Source: Candidatus Puniceispirillum sp.
GTDB taxonomy: Bacteria; Pseudomonadota; Alphaproteobacteria; Caedimonadales; UBA1908
Assembly: GCA_013822015.1 (NCBI GenBank)
Contig: PNJU01000005.1
Coordinates: 72,071 to 136,070 of the forward strand
DNA: 64,000 nt
Reading direction: 5' to 3'
Shown here piece after piece: positions 1 through 9,744 of this stretch. The notes beneath the pieces are model-generated. The model had not been told where the DNA came from and ran no database searches. It saw only the letters and a program-made list of their open reading frames with translations. The stretch's first letter is position 1. Each line of letters starts with the position of its first letter. The position numbers and the translations under genes were made by a program.

Positions 1-1
1 C

Positions 2-103
2 ACACGTCTTCGCCGCAAAATAGAGGAAGACCCCAAGCAGCCCCGCTATCTGCGCACTGTGCGCCACAAGGGCTATGTGCTGAGCCCCAGCGACGAAGGT
101 TAA
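2..103 (+). CDS. 3' end of OmpR-family response regulator (partial, begins before window)
   Basis: Frame 2 reads TRLRRKIEEDPKQPRYLRTVRHKGYVL*, the C-terminal winged-helix signature of OmpR/PhoB regulators; sits directly upstream of a histidine kinase. Confidence 0.9.
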   Translation, partial: TRLRRKIEEDPKQPRYLRTVRHKGYVLSPSDEG

Positions 104-108
104 AGCGC

Positions 109-1386
109 GTGGCCGCCTTCAAGCGCTTTTTGCCCAAAACCTTCCTGGCCAGGGCCCTCACCATCCTTTTTCTGCCAGTCCTCATTCTGCAAGGCGTTAT
201 GACCTACGTGTTTGTGGATCGCCACCTGTCGAAGGTCAGTGAGCTTTTAGCTGGCAACATCGCAACCCAAGTTGCGCTGGCCACAAAGCTCTGGGACGCA
301 GCGCCCCAAATTCAATCTCTTCTGGCCCATAATTTGAGTCTCCATATGGAGGTGCGGCCCCCTCAGGTGCCTGTGGTGGGGGAAGACGACAGCTGGGGCG
401 GACGATATCTGGCGCGCGCCTTACACATGCATTTGCCAGAGGCGTTTTACGTACACGTGGGCGAGGAAGTCTCCCGGGTTTGGGTTTACCATCTGAATCA
501 GACATTTATATTCTCCTTTGAGACGAAGCAACTTTCCTTGAAAACCACCTCCATTCTTTTGTGGTGGGCCCTGGGGGCGCCGCTTCTTTTGCTGTTAGTT
601 GCCACCCTTTTTATGCGCAACCAGGTGCGCCCCTTAAGGCAGCTCGCCGTGGCCGTGGAGAATTTCGGCAAAGGACGTGAGACAGGACCCTTTGAGCCTA
701 AAGGGGCCCTGGAGGTCAGGCGCGTGGCCAAAGCCTTCCATGCCATGCGCGAGCGCATCACAAGACAGCGCGAGCAACGCACCCAGATGCTGGCGGGCGT
801 CTCCCATGATTTGCGCACGCCGCTCACGCGCATGGGCCTACAGCTGGCTGTGATGGGAGAGAATGAGGATGTGCGCTCGCTTAAGAACGACTTGGCGGAG
901 ATGACGCAAACCCTGGAGAGCTATCTGTCCTTTGCCAGGGGAGAGGGGACTGAAAGTGCCTCTTCCATTGAGATGAACGCCTTTCTTACCCGTGTATGCA
1001 GTGCAAACCGCCACAAAATACAGAGCCTTTGCTTGCTAGACGGGGACTGGTATCTCGTGGGGCGCCCCCACGCGCTTTACAGAGCCTTGAGTAACCTTAT
1101 TGAGAACGCCGCACGTTATGCGCCCCGCACGTGGGTGAGTGTGACACTGCTAGAGGAAGGTGCCGTCATTATTGTTGATGATGATGGCCCCGGCATTCCA
1201 ATGGACAAGCGAGAAGACGTGTTTAAGCCCTTTGTGCGCTTAGAGGGGTCCCGTAATCCTGCCACAGGGGGCACGGGGCTGGGGCTTGCCATTGCGCGCG
1301 ACATTGCGCGCTCCCACGGAGGGGATATTACCCTAGGGTACAGCCCCAACGGAGGCCTGCGCGCCTGCTTGTTCCTCCCTTACTAA
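109..1386 (+). CDS. EnvZ-like two-component sensor histidine kinase
   Basis: Two TM segments, HAMP, H-box GVSHDLRTPLTR, N-box NLIENAARY, G-boxes DDDGPGI and GTGLGLAI. Confidence 0.93.
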   Translation: MAAFKRFLPKTFLARALTILFLPVLILQGVMTYVFVDRHLSKVSELLAGNIATQVALATKLWDAAPQIQSLLAHNLSLHMEVRPPQVPVVGEDDSWGGRYLARALHMHLPEAFYVHVGEEVSRVWVYHLNQTFIFSFETKQLSLKTTSILLWWALGAPLLLLLVATLFMRNQVRPLRQLAVAVENFGKGRETGPFEPKGALEVRRVAKAFHAMRERITRQREQRTQMLAGVSHDLRTPLTRMGLQLAVMGENEDVRSLKNDLAEMTQTLESYLSFARGEGTESASSIEMNAFLTRVCSANRHKIQSLCLLDGDWYLVGRPHALYRALSNLIENAARYAPRTWVSVTLLEEGAVIIVDDDGPGIPMDKREDVFKPFVRLEGSRNPATGGTGLGLAIARDIARSHGGDITLGYSPNGGLRACLFLPY

Positions 1387-2378
1387 CGTAGGGCGCTGGC
1401 ATAGCGCATATAAAGCCTGACAAAGGCGCCAAGTTTGCGCATGGCAAAGCCCTGATCACTGGGGCGCACAACAAGACTCTTCCTACAACTGCTGATGTGC
1501 ATGACTTTTGTTTCACCAAGCCCCGCCTCAATCTGTTTCAAAAACGCATTTTCCAGGGGGGACGCCGTGCGCAAGCGCAGGTGGGTGAGGGTGCGCGTTT
1601 CCACAAAGAAGCTGGCAAATTTCTTCATGAAGGATGCGCTCAAGGAAACGTGATCCAGGGCAAGGTGGGACAGGCGCGGATTTTGGCTTATTAGAGAAAA
1701 GAGGGATGTGGACCAGGGGCCTCGCTCATCTTTTTGCTTGATAAAATTGTGACGCAGGCGCAGATGTGTGGGGTTCTGTCCAAGGGAGGCGAGGGTGTCA
1801 AGGTGGGTGGCCCTGAGGTCACACTCCTGGAAGAAAAGACGGGGAGGTTTTTGCGCGCCAAACCAGGAAGTCGTATCACCAAGGGACAGGGGCGAGCGAA
1901 AAAAACCCAAGGAGATTGGCGCAGGCGCGTCCTGGAGGGGCGTATCACTTACAACGGTTTGCGGCATATGTACCAAACGCACATGAAGGGGCAGACGCCC
2001 GCCATGGAGGGTGCAAGCGGATACGACGGGAACATTTAAGCGCTGGGTGTTAAGAGGCAACTCGGGTGGGGTCAGGGAAAAGTCATCTTGGTCATCACGG
2101 TCTAGGTTTTTATAAAAGGGCGCGTACCAGGAGAGGGGGCAAAAGAGCGCCTCTTCAAGGCGGTTGAGAACTTCAAGCTCATAGAGTTCGATGGGATCCG
2201 TGGGGTCAAGAATGTAGGGGTTAAGCTCGCTTGTTGCCCATTCTTCGTGATCATCCATCATGACGCGGTGTGAGGGGCGAAGAATGCTTTCGTCGTCAAT
2301 GACCCGCCCGCCCGCTTGGGCCGCTTGAAAAACGGAAAAGGCAAGGAAGAAGGTGGTTGATATCAGGACGTGTCCCAT
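1383..2378 (-). CDS. Putative secreted protein with RNI-like leucine-rich repeats
   Basis: Signal-peptide-like N-terminus (…FLAFSVFQAAQA); C-terminal motifs PTHLRLRHN, LSHLALDHVSL, LTHLRLRT, the last two 28 aa apart. Confidence 0.6.
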   Translation of the reverse strand: MGHVLISTTFFLAFSVFQAAQAGGRVIDDESILRPSHRVMMDDHEEWATSELNPYILDPTDPIELYELEVLNRLEEALFCPLSWYAPFYKNLDRDDQDDFSLTPPELPLNTQRLNVPVVSACTLHGGRLPLHVRLVHMPQTVVSDTPLQDAPAPISLGFFRSPLSLGDTTSWFGAQKPPRLFFQECDLRATHLDTLASLGQNPTHLRLRHNFIKQKDERGPWSTSLFSLISQNPRLSHLALDHVSLSASFMKKFASFFVETRTLTHLRLRTASPLENAFLKQIEAGLGETKVMHISSCRKSLVVRPSDQGFAMRKLGAFVRLYMRYASALR

Positions 2379-2488
2379 GGGAGCCTCTTGGTGATAAATA
2401 CCCTTTATTCAAGGGTTAGCACACCTGGACAGGCTTTCCAAGGGGAGGTGGCGCACCCCATGTCCTGGCTGGGGTGCGTCCTTAGTCA

Positions 2489-4207
2489 TCATGTGTTGTG
2501 GACGCGCTCCACGAACGCGTGGACCACATCGCGCAGGCTTGAGGTTTGCTGACAAAGTTGCGCGGACGCGGAGACACTTTCCCTTGCCATAAGATCCGTA
2601 TGGTTTGTTTCTTCCAAGATCTCGTTTGTATTGGCAGAAACCGCTTGGGTGCCCTTTGCGGCCTCATCGACGCTTCGCGCAATTTCCTGAGTCGCGGCGC
2701 GCTGCTCTTCAACGCTTGCGGCGACGGAGGTCATGAGCTCGTTAATTTGGGAGATGGTTTTGGTCATCTCTTCGATCTCATCCCTGGCGCCTCCCGTGGA
2801 GCTTTGGATGAGGGCGATTTGGGAGGATATTTCCTGGGTTGCCTCTGCCGTTTGATGGGCCAGGCTCTTGACCTCAGAAGCCACAACGGCAAAGCCTTTG
2901 CCCGCCTCACCCGCACGGGCGGCCTCGATGGTTGCGTTCAAGGCCAAGAGATTCGTTTGTCCCGCAATTTGCTGTACGAGCTCCACAATGGAATCAATTT
3001 TTCCCGCGTTTTGGGACAAGATTGTGATGTTTTCTTGGGTGCGCAGGGCCTGCGAACTAGCTTGCTGTGTTTCACGCAAGATGCCTACAACACGTCCGCT
3101 GATTTCTTCAATGGCTAGGGTGAGCTCATCGGCAGAGCCAGCCACAGTCTTCACATTGCGGCTTGCTGCGTCTGCGTGCCCGGCAACCTCGTTGGCTTGA
3201 CCTTGCGCCTTGGTGATGGAGGTTGATAAATGCTCAGCCGTTTCCATCATTTTTTCGGCGTCGTGGGCTACATTGGTGACGATTGATTCCACTGATTTTT
3301 CAAAGTCATGGGCAAGGCGCGCCATGTCTTTTGAGCGCTCAAGTTGCGCATGCTTTTCCGCCTCTGCCGCTTGCTCTTGAAGCTCGCGGGTTTTTACCAT
3401 GGACTCTTTGAAAAACTTGAGTGAGTTGGCCATCTCGCCAATTTCATCCTTGTGGTCGACTGCAGGGATAAAAATGCGCAAGTCCCCTTCCGCCATTTTC
3501 GTCATGGTATGGGATATTTCTGAAACAGGTTTCACGATGCTTTTTGTCACAAAGAACGCAATGGTGCAGCCAATGGCGAAAATGAAGAACTGTACAATGC
3601 CAATATGGAGAATGCTTTTCATGAAAATGGCGTTGACGTCATCGAGATAAACGCCTGTCCCCAAAACCCATCCCCAGGGTTTAAAGGGCATGACGTAGCT
3701 TGCCTTGTCTGTGGGCTCTTTTCCGGCTTCCTTTGCCCATTTGTAGTGGACATAGTCACCGCCTTTTTTGGCTGTTTCTACAAAGGCTTGCATGAATTTG
3801 AAGCCAGTTGGGTCCGTGGCATTTATGGCATTGACACCTTTTTTAGTGGGATGCACCAAGAATTTGCCACTCATATCGTTGATCCAAACGTAGTCGCCGT
3901 CACCGTCCCCGTAACGGATATGCTCAATCATGTTGAGTGCACGAGATTGCGCCTCTTTTTCAGTGATTTTTCCTTGCGTGAAGCGGTTGTAATAATCCAG
4001 GACTGAGCTGTTGGCAAAGTGCACCATGTCGTGGATTTTTTCCAGCTTTGCGTCCATGATGGTCGAGTGCAAACTCACTAAACTGACGCCCACGGTCACA
4101 ACGGTTAGCATAAAGATAATGACGAGCAAGCCAACGAGTCTGTGACCGATTTTAAAACGATTGAGCAACACACTCTCCTTCTGCAAACAAATGGGCGGAC
4201 CACTCAT
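2489..4207 (-). CDS. Methyl-accepting chemotaxis protein with single Cache sensor and HAMP (real start probably GTG/TTG near 4171, after AAGGAG)
   Basis: TM-Cache (YVWIND…HP, WGWVLGTGVYLDD)-TM-HAMP-MA domain with QTNLLALNATIEAARAGEAGKGFAVVASEVK. Confidence 0.95.
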   Translation of the reverse strand: MSGPPICLQKESVLLNRFKIGHRLVGLLVIIFMLTVVTVGVSLVSLHSTIMDAKLEKIHDMVHFANSSVLDYYNRFTQGKITEKEAQSRALNMIEHIRYGDGDGDYVWINDMSGKFLVHPTKKGVNAINATDPTGFKFMQAFVETAKKGGDYVHYKWAKEAGKEPTDKASYVMPFKPWGWVLGTGVYLDDVNAIFMKSILHIGIVQFFIFAIGCTIAFFVTKSIVKPVSEISHTMTKMAEGDLRIFIPAVDHKDEIGEMANSLKFFKESMVKTRELQEQAAEAEKHAQLERSKDMARLAHDFEKSVESIVTNVAHDAEKMMETAEHLSTSITKAQGQANEVAGHADAASRNVKTVAGSADELTLAIEEISGRVVGILRETQQASSQALRTQENITILSQNAGKIDSIVELVQQIAGQTNLLALNATIEAARAGEAGKGFAVVASEVKSLAHQTAEATQEISSQIALIQSSTGGARDEIEEMTKTISQINELMTSVAASVEEQRAATQEIARSVDEAAKGTQAVSANTNEILEETNHTDLMARESVSASAQLCQQTSSLRDVVHAFVERVHNT

Positions 4208-4266
4208 GACGCTAGGGAGAAAAGGTTAAGAAATCGCAAAGAGAAGATAGAAAAATACGCTTTACT

Positions 4267-4791
4267 TCAGGATGTTTTTTGCCAACGCAGGGGCAGGGTG
4301 ATGAGACTCTCATGAAGGGGCATCGCGGTCGCATCCAGGGTGAATCCTTTCGCAAGGAACCAGTTTACGGCTGGCAGAGGGGCATCGACGTGAGTGAGTG
4401 TTGGCGCGCACGCCTTTAGATAAGTCCGCCACAAAGCAGTACCAATCCCCTTGCGAAAGGATTTTGGATCAACATGGCATAAAACAATGCGCCCGTCCCG
4501 CGAGACAGATAAGATGCCCAGAACTTTGTCGCCGCGCGCCTCACCCGTATAGAAAAAGGTCTCATGGTCTGGCGCGCTCATGCATTGACGAACAAAGTCA
4601 GGTGTCATGGCAACCAGGCTTGCCTCAAGGGCGCGTGAGGGATAAGTATGTTTATGAGCAAGTGTGATACAGGCGCGAATGCAGTTACTTGCGGCGTTGA
4701 TGAGTGCGTGTGCAGGATCATTGATCATTTCCGCATAAAGGGCGCTTACGCCGTGAACCGTATAGATAGCCATGTCCCTCACTGCCTGCAT
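4267..4791 (-). CDS. GNAT-family acetyltransferase
   Basis: Acetyl-CoA motif A-like HVDPKSFRKGIGTALW and motif B-like AVNWFLAKGF. Confidence 0.7.
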   Translation of the reverse strand: MQAVRDMAIYTVHGVSALYAEMINDPAHALINAASNCIRACITLAHKHTYPSRALEASLVAMTPDFVRQCMSAPDHETFFYTGEARGDKVLGILSVSRDGRIVLCHVDPKSFRKGIGTALWRTYLKACAPTLTHVDAPLPAVNWFLAKGFTLDATAMPLHESLITLPLRWQKTS

Positions 4792-4873
4792 ATGTTAGCT
4801 AAGTGCAAGGTGCGTGCTTTAGGGATCTGTGTCAAGGTCGTGTTGGATAAGATAAGGCAAGGAGGCTTAGCCC

Positions 4874-5347
4874 ATGAACATTTTGGTGAGTGGGTGTCTT
4901 TTGGGGCATAAGGTGCGCTATGACGGACAAGACAACTTTTTGGATCATCCGTGGATTAAAGAGCTCCATGCCCAAGGTAGGCTCGTGACTATCTGCCCTG
5001 AGGTTGCAGGGGGACTTGCGACTCCACGTCCGGCGGCTGAGCGCCAAAGGAATGGCCGCGTGCTGACAAAGCAAGGCTTTGATGTGACCGAGGCTTTTGC
5101 TGACGGGGCCCAAAAAGCCCTGATGCTCGCCAGATCCGTGGACGCGCGCCTTGCGATTTTAAAGGCGCGCAGCCCTTCGTGTGGTAACCAAGACATTTAT
5201 GACGGGACTTTTACAAAGCGTCGCGTTCCTGGCATGGGGGTCACGGCCGAGCTTTTGTGTGCGCACGGCGTGCTTATTTTTAATGAAGAAGAAATAGAGG
5301 AGGCAAGGCGGGCGTACGACCAGCTCACACACGCGCTGCGTAAATAA
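4874..5347 (+). CDS. DUF523 / 2-thiouracil desulfurase family Fe-S protein
   Basis: VSGCLLG..VRYDG, CPEVAGGL..PR and KARSPSCG motifs; AGGAGG RBS. Confidence 0.88.
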   Translation: MNILVSGCLLGHKVRYDGQDNFLDHPWIKELHAQGRLVTICPEVAGGLATPRPAAERQRNGRVLTKQGFDVTEAFADGAQKALMLARSVDARLAILKARSPSCGNQDIYDGTFTKRRVPGMGVTAELLCAHGVLIFNEEEIEEARRAYDQLTHALRK

Positions 5348-5365
5348 GCTGGTCGATTCATTTCA

Positions 5366-5896
5366 TTAGCCAAGTGTTTTCTTGAAGTTGATAAAACGGG
5401 TGCGTAGGCACAAAGCGCTAGCAGTTTCAGGCGCTGTGACCTCTGTCGTTACACCAAGATTTTTGTCCCACAAGAACGTGTTGATGATGTAGTTAAGGGC
5501 CCCTTTGAAAAAATCAATTTTATCATTTGGTCCAAGAACACTTTCAGGTTGAATGCTCTCAAGGGGTGTCCCTGCCTTTAACAGTTCACCCAGTTTCTTT
5601 CCAACCCGCCTCACACCCGTGCCCGCCGTTTGATCAGTTTGCAAGGAGCCGAGAAGGTGGGATGACGCGCCATGCTGAATGGAGGCTGAAGAGCTTTCAA
5701 AAGCACCGTGGGCATCTTCCTTAGAAAGGTCGTAGGTGTTACCGCCTTTGGTAGTGACCTGTGTTTGCGCAGCTAGATAGGTTTTGCACGCCTCTTCAGG
5801 AGTCAAATCTGGACTTGCAGAAGCAGTTGTTGCCAGCAAAATGGACCAAAGCCAGAGTGCTGTACCTTTTTTAAGAATGGAAGTATTCATACTCAT
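5366..5896 (-). CDS. Hypothetical secreted protein
   Basis: 176-aa ORF right after acnA with AAGGA RBS; signal peptide ending TTASA; no recognised domain. Confidence 0.6.
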   Translation of the reverse strand: MSMNTSILKKGTALWLWSILLATTASASPDLTPEEACKTYLAAQTQVTTKGGNTYDLSKEDAHGAFESSSASIQHGASSHLLGSLQTDQTAGTGVRRVGKKLGELLKAGTPLESIQPESVLGPNDKIDFFKGALNYIINTFLWDKNLGVTTEVTAPETASALCLRTRFINFKKTLG

Positions 5897-5917
5897 ATTT
5901 TCCTTTTAATGATTAAG

Positions 5918-8608
5918 TTAAGCAGCTTTATGCTGAGATAAAGTGCGCACCACATAAGGCAAAATGCCACCATTCTCGAAGTAAGCTATCTCGTCCATCG
6001 TGTCAATGCGACAGCGCAGCGTAATGGTCTCGTGGGATCCGTCTTCGCGTACAATGATGCATTGCACGTCGCAGCGCGGCGTTAGCCCCTTAGCAATGCC
6101 GTGCAGCGAGATAATCTCGTCTCCCTTCAGTCCAAGGCTCTTGCGCGTCACGCCTTGGGGGAATTCAAGGGGAAGGACTCCCATGCCTACGAGGTTTGAG
6201 CGGTGAATGCGCTCAAAGCTCTCGGCGATCACCGCCTTGACGCCCAGTAAACGTGTGCCTTTTGCTGCCCAGTCGCGGGAGGAACCCGTGCCATACTCTT
6301 TACCAGCAACAACAATAAGAGGGGTCTTGTTGTTGGCATAGGCCATGGCTGCGTCATAAATGGTCAGGAGTTCTCCCGATGGCATGAAGTGGGTGTACCC
6401 GCCTGTGCGCTCTGGCACCATCTCATTTTGGATGCGGATGTTGGCAAAGGTGCCGCGCATCATAACCTCATGGTTACCGCGCCTGGAGCCGTACGAGTTG
6501 AAGTCAGCTTGGGCAATGCCATGGGACGTGAGGTAAAGACCGGCGGGGCTGTCCTTTTTAATGGAGCCCGCAGGCGAGATGTGGTCCGTTGTGATGCTGT
6601 CACCAAAAAGTGCCAGAATGCGCGCACCTTCCACGTCACTGGTGGCCTCAGGCTGCGCGCGCAGGCCGTCAAAATAGGGAGGCGCCTTGACATAGGTGCT
6701 ATCCTCTTCCCACGCGTAAGTGAGACCCTTGGGACACGCAAGATCTGCCCATGCCTTTTCGCCTTTAAAGACATTGTCATAGCGCTCGCGGAACATTTTT
6801 GAGGTGATATTGGCCTCAACGCACGCCTTGATATCTGCATTAGAGGGCCATATGTCACGCAAGTACACGGGAGTACCGTCTTTTCCTGTCCCAAGGGGAG
6901 CTGTCGTGAGGTCTTTCTTGATGCTACCCACCAAAGCGTAGGCCACAACAAGCATGGGGGAGGCAAGGTAGTTGAGCTTTACCTGTGGATGGATGCGTCC
7001 TTCAAAGTTACGGTTTCCAGATAGGACGCTTGCCACCGCAAAGCCTTGATCATCAATGGCCGCCGCGATCTCCGGATCAAGGGGGCCTGAGTTGCCAATG
7101 CACGTGGTGCACCCGTAACCCACAAGGTTGAACCCAAGGGCGTCGAGGTCCTTGTTTAGTCCTGATTTTTGCAAGTAGTCCGTGACCACCTGGCTGCCTG
7201 GCGCAAGGGACGTTTTGACCCAAGGCTGAACATTGAGGCCCTTGGCAATGGCATTACGCGCCAAAAGACCGGCTCCAAGCATCACAGATGGGTTCGATGT
7301 ATTGGTGCAACTTGTAATGGCCGCAATCACAACACTGCCATTTTCCAGATGGAAGGTTTGGCCATTTTTGGTGACGGCTGTTGAAGGCACTTTAGAGGGG
7401 GTTTCTGCGGCAATGGCCTTGTCAGACAGGTCCGCCATTTGCGACAGGGCAACTTTGTCCTGGGGGCGCTTTGGACCAGCCAGGGTTGGGACAACGTCTT
7501 CAAGGGCCAGGTGCAGGGTTTGGGTAAACACAGGTGCCCAGTTTTCATCCCGCCACAAACCTTGCTCCTTGGCGTAGGCCTCCACAAGGGCGACCAGATG
7601 GGGGTCACGACCTGTGAAGGTGAGGTAATGAAGGGTTTCCTGATCCACAGGGAAAATACCGCATGTGGCGCCGTATTCAGGGGACATATTTGAAATGGTT
7701 GCACGGTCCGCAATGGAAAGCTCATCTAGACCATTTCCGTAAAACTCGACAAACTTGCCCACGACACCGTGGGCGCGCAGCATTTGTGTGACTGTCAGGA
7801 CGAGGTCCGTGGCTGTCACGCCTTCTGGCAAGCGCCCCGTCAGCTCAAAGCCTACGACTTCCGGGATCAGCATGGAGAGGGGCTGGCCCAGCATGGCGGC
7901 CTCGGCCTCAATGCCTCCCACGCCCCAACCAAGAACGCCCAGGGCGTTGATCATGGTGGTGTGGCTGTCCGTGCCCACAAGCGTGTCAGGATAGGCCCAT
8001 GTGTGGCCGTTTTGTTGGCTAGACCACACGACCTTGCCTAAATACTCAAGGTTCACTTGGTGACAGATACCCGTGCCAGGCGGCACCACACGGAAGTTAT
8101 TAAAGGACTGTTGGCCCCACTTAAGAAAGGCGTAGCGCTCTTTGTTGCGCTGATATTCTGTGTCGACGTTTTTGGTAAAAGCGCTGTCGTTTGCGTAATA
8201 GTCCACCATAACAGAGTGGTCGATCACGAGATCCACGGGAGCCAGGGGATTGACGTTTTGGGGGTCTGCGCCTTGGGCTTTGACAGCGTCACGCATGGAG
8301 ACAAGATCCACAACGGCCGGCACACCCGTGAAATCCTGCATCAGCACACGGGCAGGGGCAAAGGCAATTTCCCTATCAGACTTGCGCTCTTTCGTCCAGC
8401 TGGCCAGGGCCTTGAGGTCATCTTGTGTGACTTGCTCTCCATTTTCCCGGCGCAGCAAATTTTCCATCAAGACCTTTAAACAAAAGGGGAGGTTGGACAC
8501 GCCGCCTAGTGCTGCGTTGGCTTTTTTGAGACTGGCGTAAGTGTAAGTTTTTCCTTCAACCGTCAGCGTTTGGACCACTTTGTAGGAATCTAGAAGCGCG
8601 TGTGTCAC
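5918..8608 (-). CDS. acnA: Aconitate hydratase A
   Basis: RVLMQDFTGVP, DLVIDHSV, GTDSHTTM, AAITSCTNTSNP, GYGCTTCIGNSG, GTGSSRDWAAKG. Confidence 0.98.
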   Translation of the reverse strand: MTHALLDSYKVVQTLTVEGKTYTYASLKKANAALGGVSNLPFCLKVLMENLLRRENGEQVTQDDLKALASWTKERKSDREIAFAPARVLMQDFTGVPAVVDLVSMRDAVKAQGADPQNVNPLAPVDLVIDHSVMVDYYANDSAFTKNVDTEYQRNKERYAFLKWGQQSFNNFRVVPPGTGICHQVNLEYLGKVVWSSQQNGHTWAYPDTLVGTDSHTTMINALGVLGWGVGGIEAEAAMLGQPLSMLIPEVVGFELTGRLPEGVTATDLVLTVTQMLRAHGVVGKFVEFYGNGLDELSIADRATISNMSPEYGATCGIFPVDQETLHYLTFTGRDPHLVALVEAYAKEQGLWRDENWAPVFTQTLHLALEDVVPTLAGPKRPQDKVALSQMADLSDKAIAAETPSKVPSTAVTKNGQTFHLENGSVVIAAITSCTNTSNPSVMLGAGLLARNAIAKGLNVQPWVKTSLAPGSQVVTDYLQKSGLNKDLDALGFNLVGYGCTTCIGNSGPLDPEIAAAIDDQGFAVASVLSGNRNFEGRIHPQVKLNYLASPMLVVAYALVGSIKKDLTTAPLGTGKDGTPVYLRDIWPSNADIKACVEANITSKMFRERYDNVFKGEKAWADLACPKGLTYAWEEDSTYVKAPPYFDGLRAQPEATSDVEGARILALFGDSITTDHISPAGSIKKDSPAGLYLTSHGIAQADFNSYGSRRGNHEVMMRGTFANIRIQNEMVPERTGGYTHFMPSGELLTIYDAAMAYANNKTPLIVVAGKEYGTGSSRDWAAKGTRLLGVKAVIAESFERIHRSNLVGMGVLPLEFPQGVTRKSLGLKGDEIISLHGIAKGLTPRCDVQCIIVREDGSHETITLRCRIDTMDEIAYFENGGILPYVVRTLSQHKAA

Positions 8609-8712
8609 GTAAGTGTCTCCCCATTCGTTAACATCTTGTTTTATGCAATGCTAACATGTTGAAAGGGGGCTGTATAGAGGAGGTTTTGAATGGAAAAAGT
8701 CAACAAAGACAG

Positions 8713-8739
8713 AAAAAAAGGGGCATAAGCCCCCCTTTT
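8713..8739 (-). terminator. Rho-independent terminator after OMP gene 8759-9394
   Basis: GGGGC-ATAA-GCCCC hairpin with A-run on + strand (U-tract on - strand). Confidence 0.65.
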
Positions 8740-8758
8740 CCATAAGCAAGTGCTTGTC

Positions 8759-9394
8759 CTAGAGCTTGTAAGAAAGCTTCAGAAGCGCGAGGTGAGAGTT
8801 CAGCTTAACCTTTGCGTCGCTGAACTTCATGTCTTGCTCCCAGTAGTGGCGGTACTGGAGGTCAAGAGCAACGCGCTCAGTCAAGCTAACACCAGCGCCC
8901 GCACCGATGCCCGCGCCGAAGACTGACTTTTTATTGCCATTGACAGTCAGCTGTGTACCGGCGGCATCGTAAAGCTTATATTCATTCTTTTGTACACGCA
9001 CAGCAACCAGACCATACAGGTTCCACTTGTTGCCAAAGTCCCAACCAAGGCGCGCATTAAACCCACCAAACCATGTTGGTTGGAACTTTGCCTTGTAGTT
9101 GATTCCTTCAGAATTAAAGGACTTGGAAGGGTTACCAGCAACGTAACCAGCTTCAACACCAAAGCCGTACAGCCAAGAGTTTGCAGCGGACTTTGTCCAG
9201 TCAAGGGTCAAAGCGATAGGAGCTGTACCATAAGTAGACTTGTTGAATCTTGATCCATCGTTGTTCTTTGTGTCAGCCTTAGTCCACTGACCGCCAGCTT
9301 GAAGACCAACAGACCAGTTGCTCTTTGCGCAGTTAGCTTGTGCACCTGCTGCAAGAACCAATGCAGCTGCGGAAGCGAGTAGAATGTTTCTCAT
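8759..9394 (-). CDS. Outer-membrane beta-barrel protein (OmpA/Omp25-like 8-stranded), paralog 1
   Basis: Start at MRNILLASAAA (GGAG RBS), signal peptide ending AQA, amphipathic strands, ARLGWDFGNKW, C-terminal LSYKL. Confidence 0.85.
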   Translation of the reverse strand: MRNILLASAAALVLAAGAQANCAKSNWSVGLQAGGQWTKADTKNNDGSRFNKSTYGTAPIALTLDWTKSAANSWLYGFGVEAGYVAGNPSKSFNSEGINYKAKFQPTWFGGFNARLGWDFGNKWNLYGLVAVRVQKNEYKLYDAAGTQLTVNGNKKSVFGAGIGAGAGVSLTERVALDLQYRHYWEQDMKFSDAKVKLNSHLALLKLSYKL

Positions 9395-9694
9395 CGTTTT
9401 CTCCATGTATGAGTTGTTACCTGGCAGAAAGTAGATGCTGGTCACTTTTTTTGCCAGGAAAATGTCTCAGGGGCATGTACGTTTGCGGAGATCGTTGCAG
9501 ATTTGCAACAAACCCAAGGGCGACTAAGATGAAAAAGCTTATTTGCTGAGGGGGAGCGTGATGTGCTCGTAATGAAACGAGATGCGCACAAAAAGATATG
9601 AAATTTGACAAGAAGGGCAAGGTATTGCTCGCAGGGTGTACTGTCGACGGGGGATTATATGTTGTGACGAGTCTTTGACGCGCTTTTGTCGGAC

Positions 9695-9731
9695 AAAAAA
9701 AGGGAGAGCGTCACGCTCTCCCCCTTCTTTT
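9695..9731 (-). terminator. Rho-independent terminator after OMP gene 9745-10386
   Basis: GGGAGAGCG-TCA-CGCTCTCCC perfect 9-bp stem flanked by A7 and T-rich tracts. Confidence 0.8.
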
Positions 9732-9744
9732 GTGATGGTTTTTC

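Noticed and set aside
4224-4229. GGTTAA CtrA half-site upstream of the MCP gene
   Set aside because: Plausible for a chemotaxis gene, but a single half-site is too weak to call.
5906-5921. Clustered TTAA motifs at the acnA 3' end as a CtrA site
   Set aside because: The spacing is N8 or N3, not N7, and the cluster is explained by the stop codon and AT-rich RBS region.
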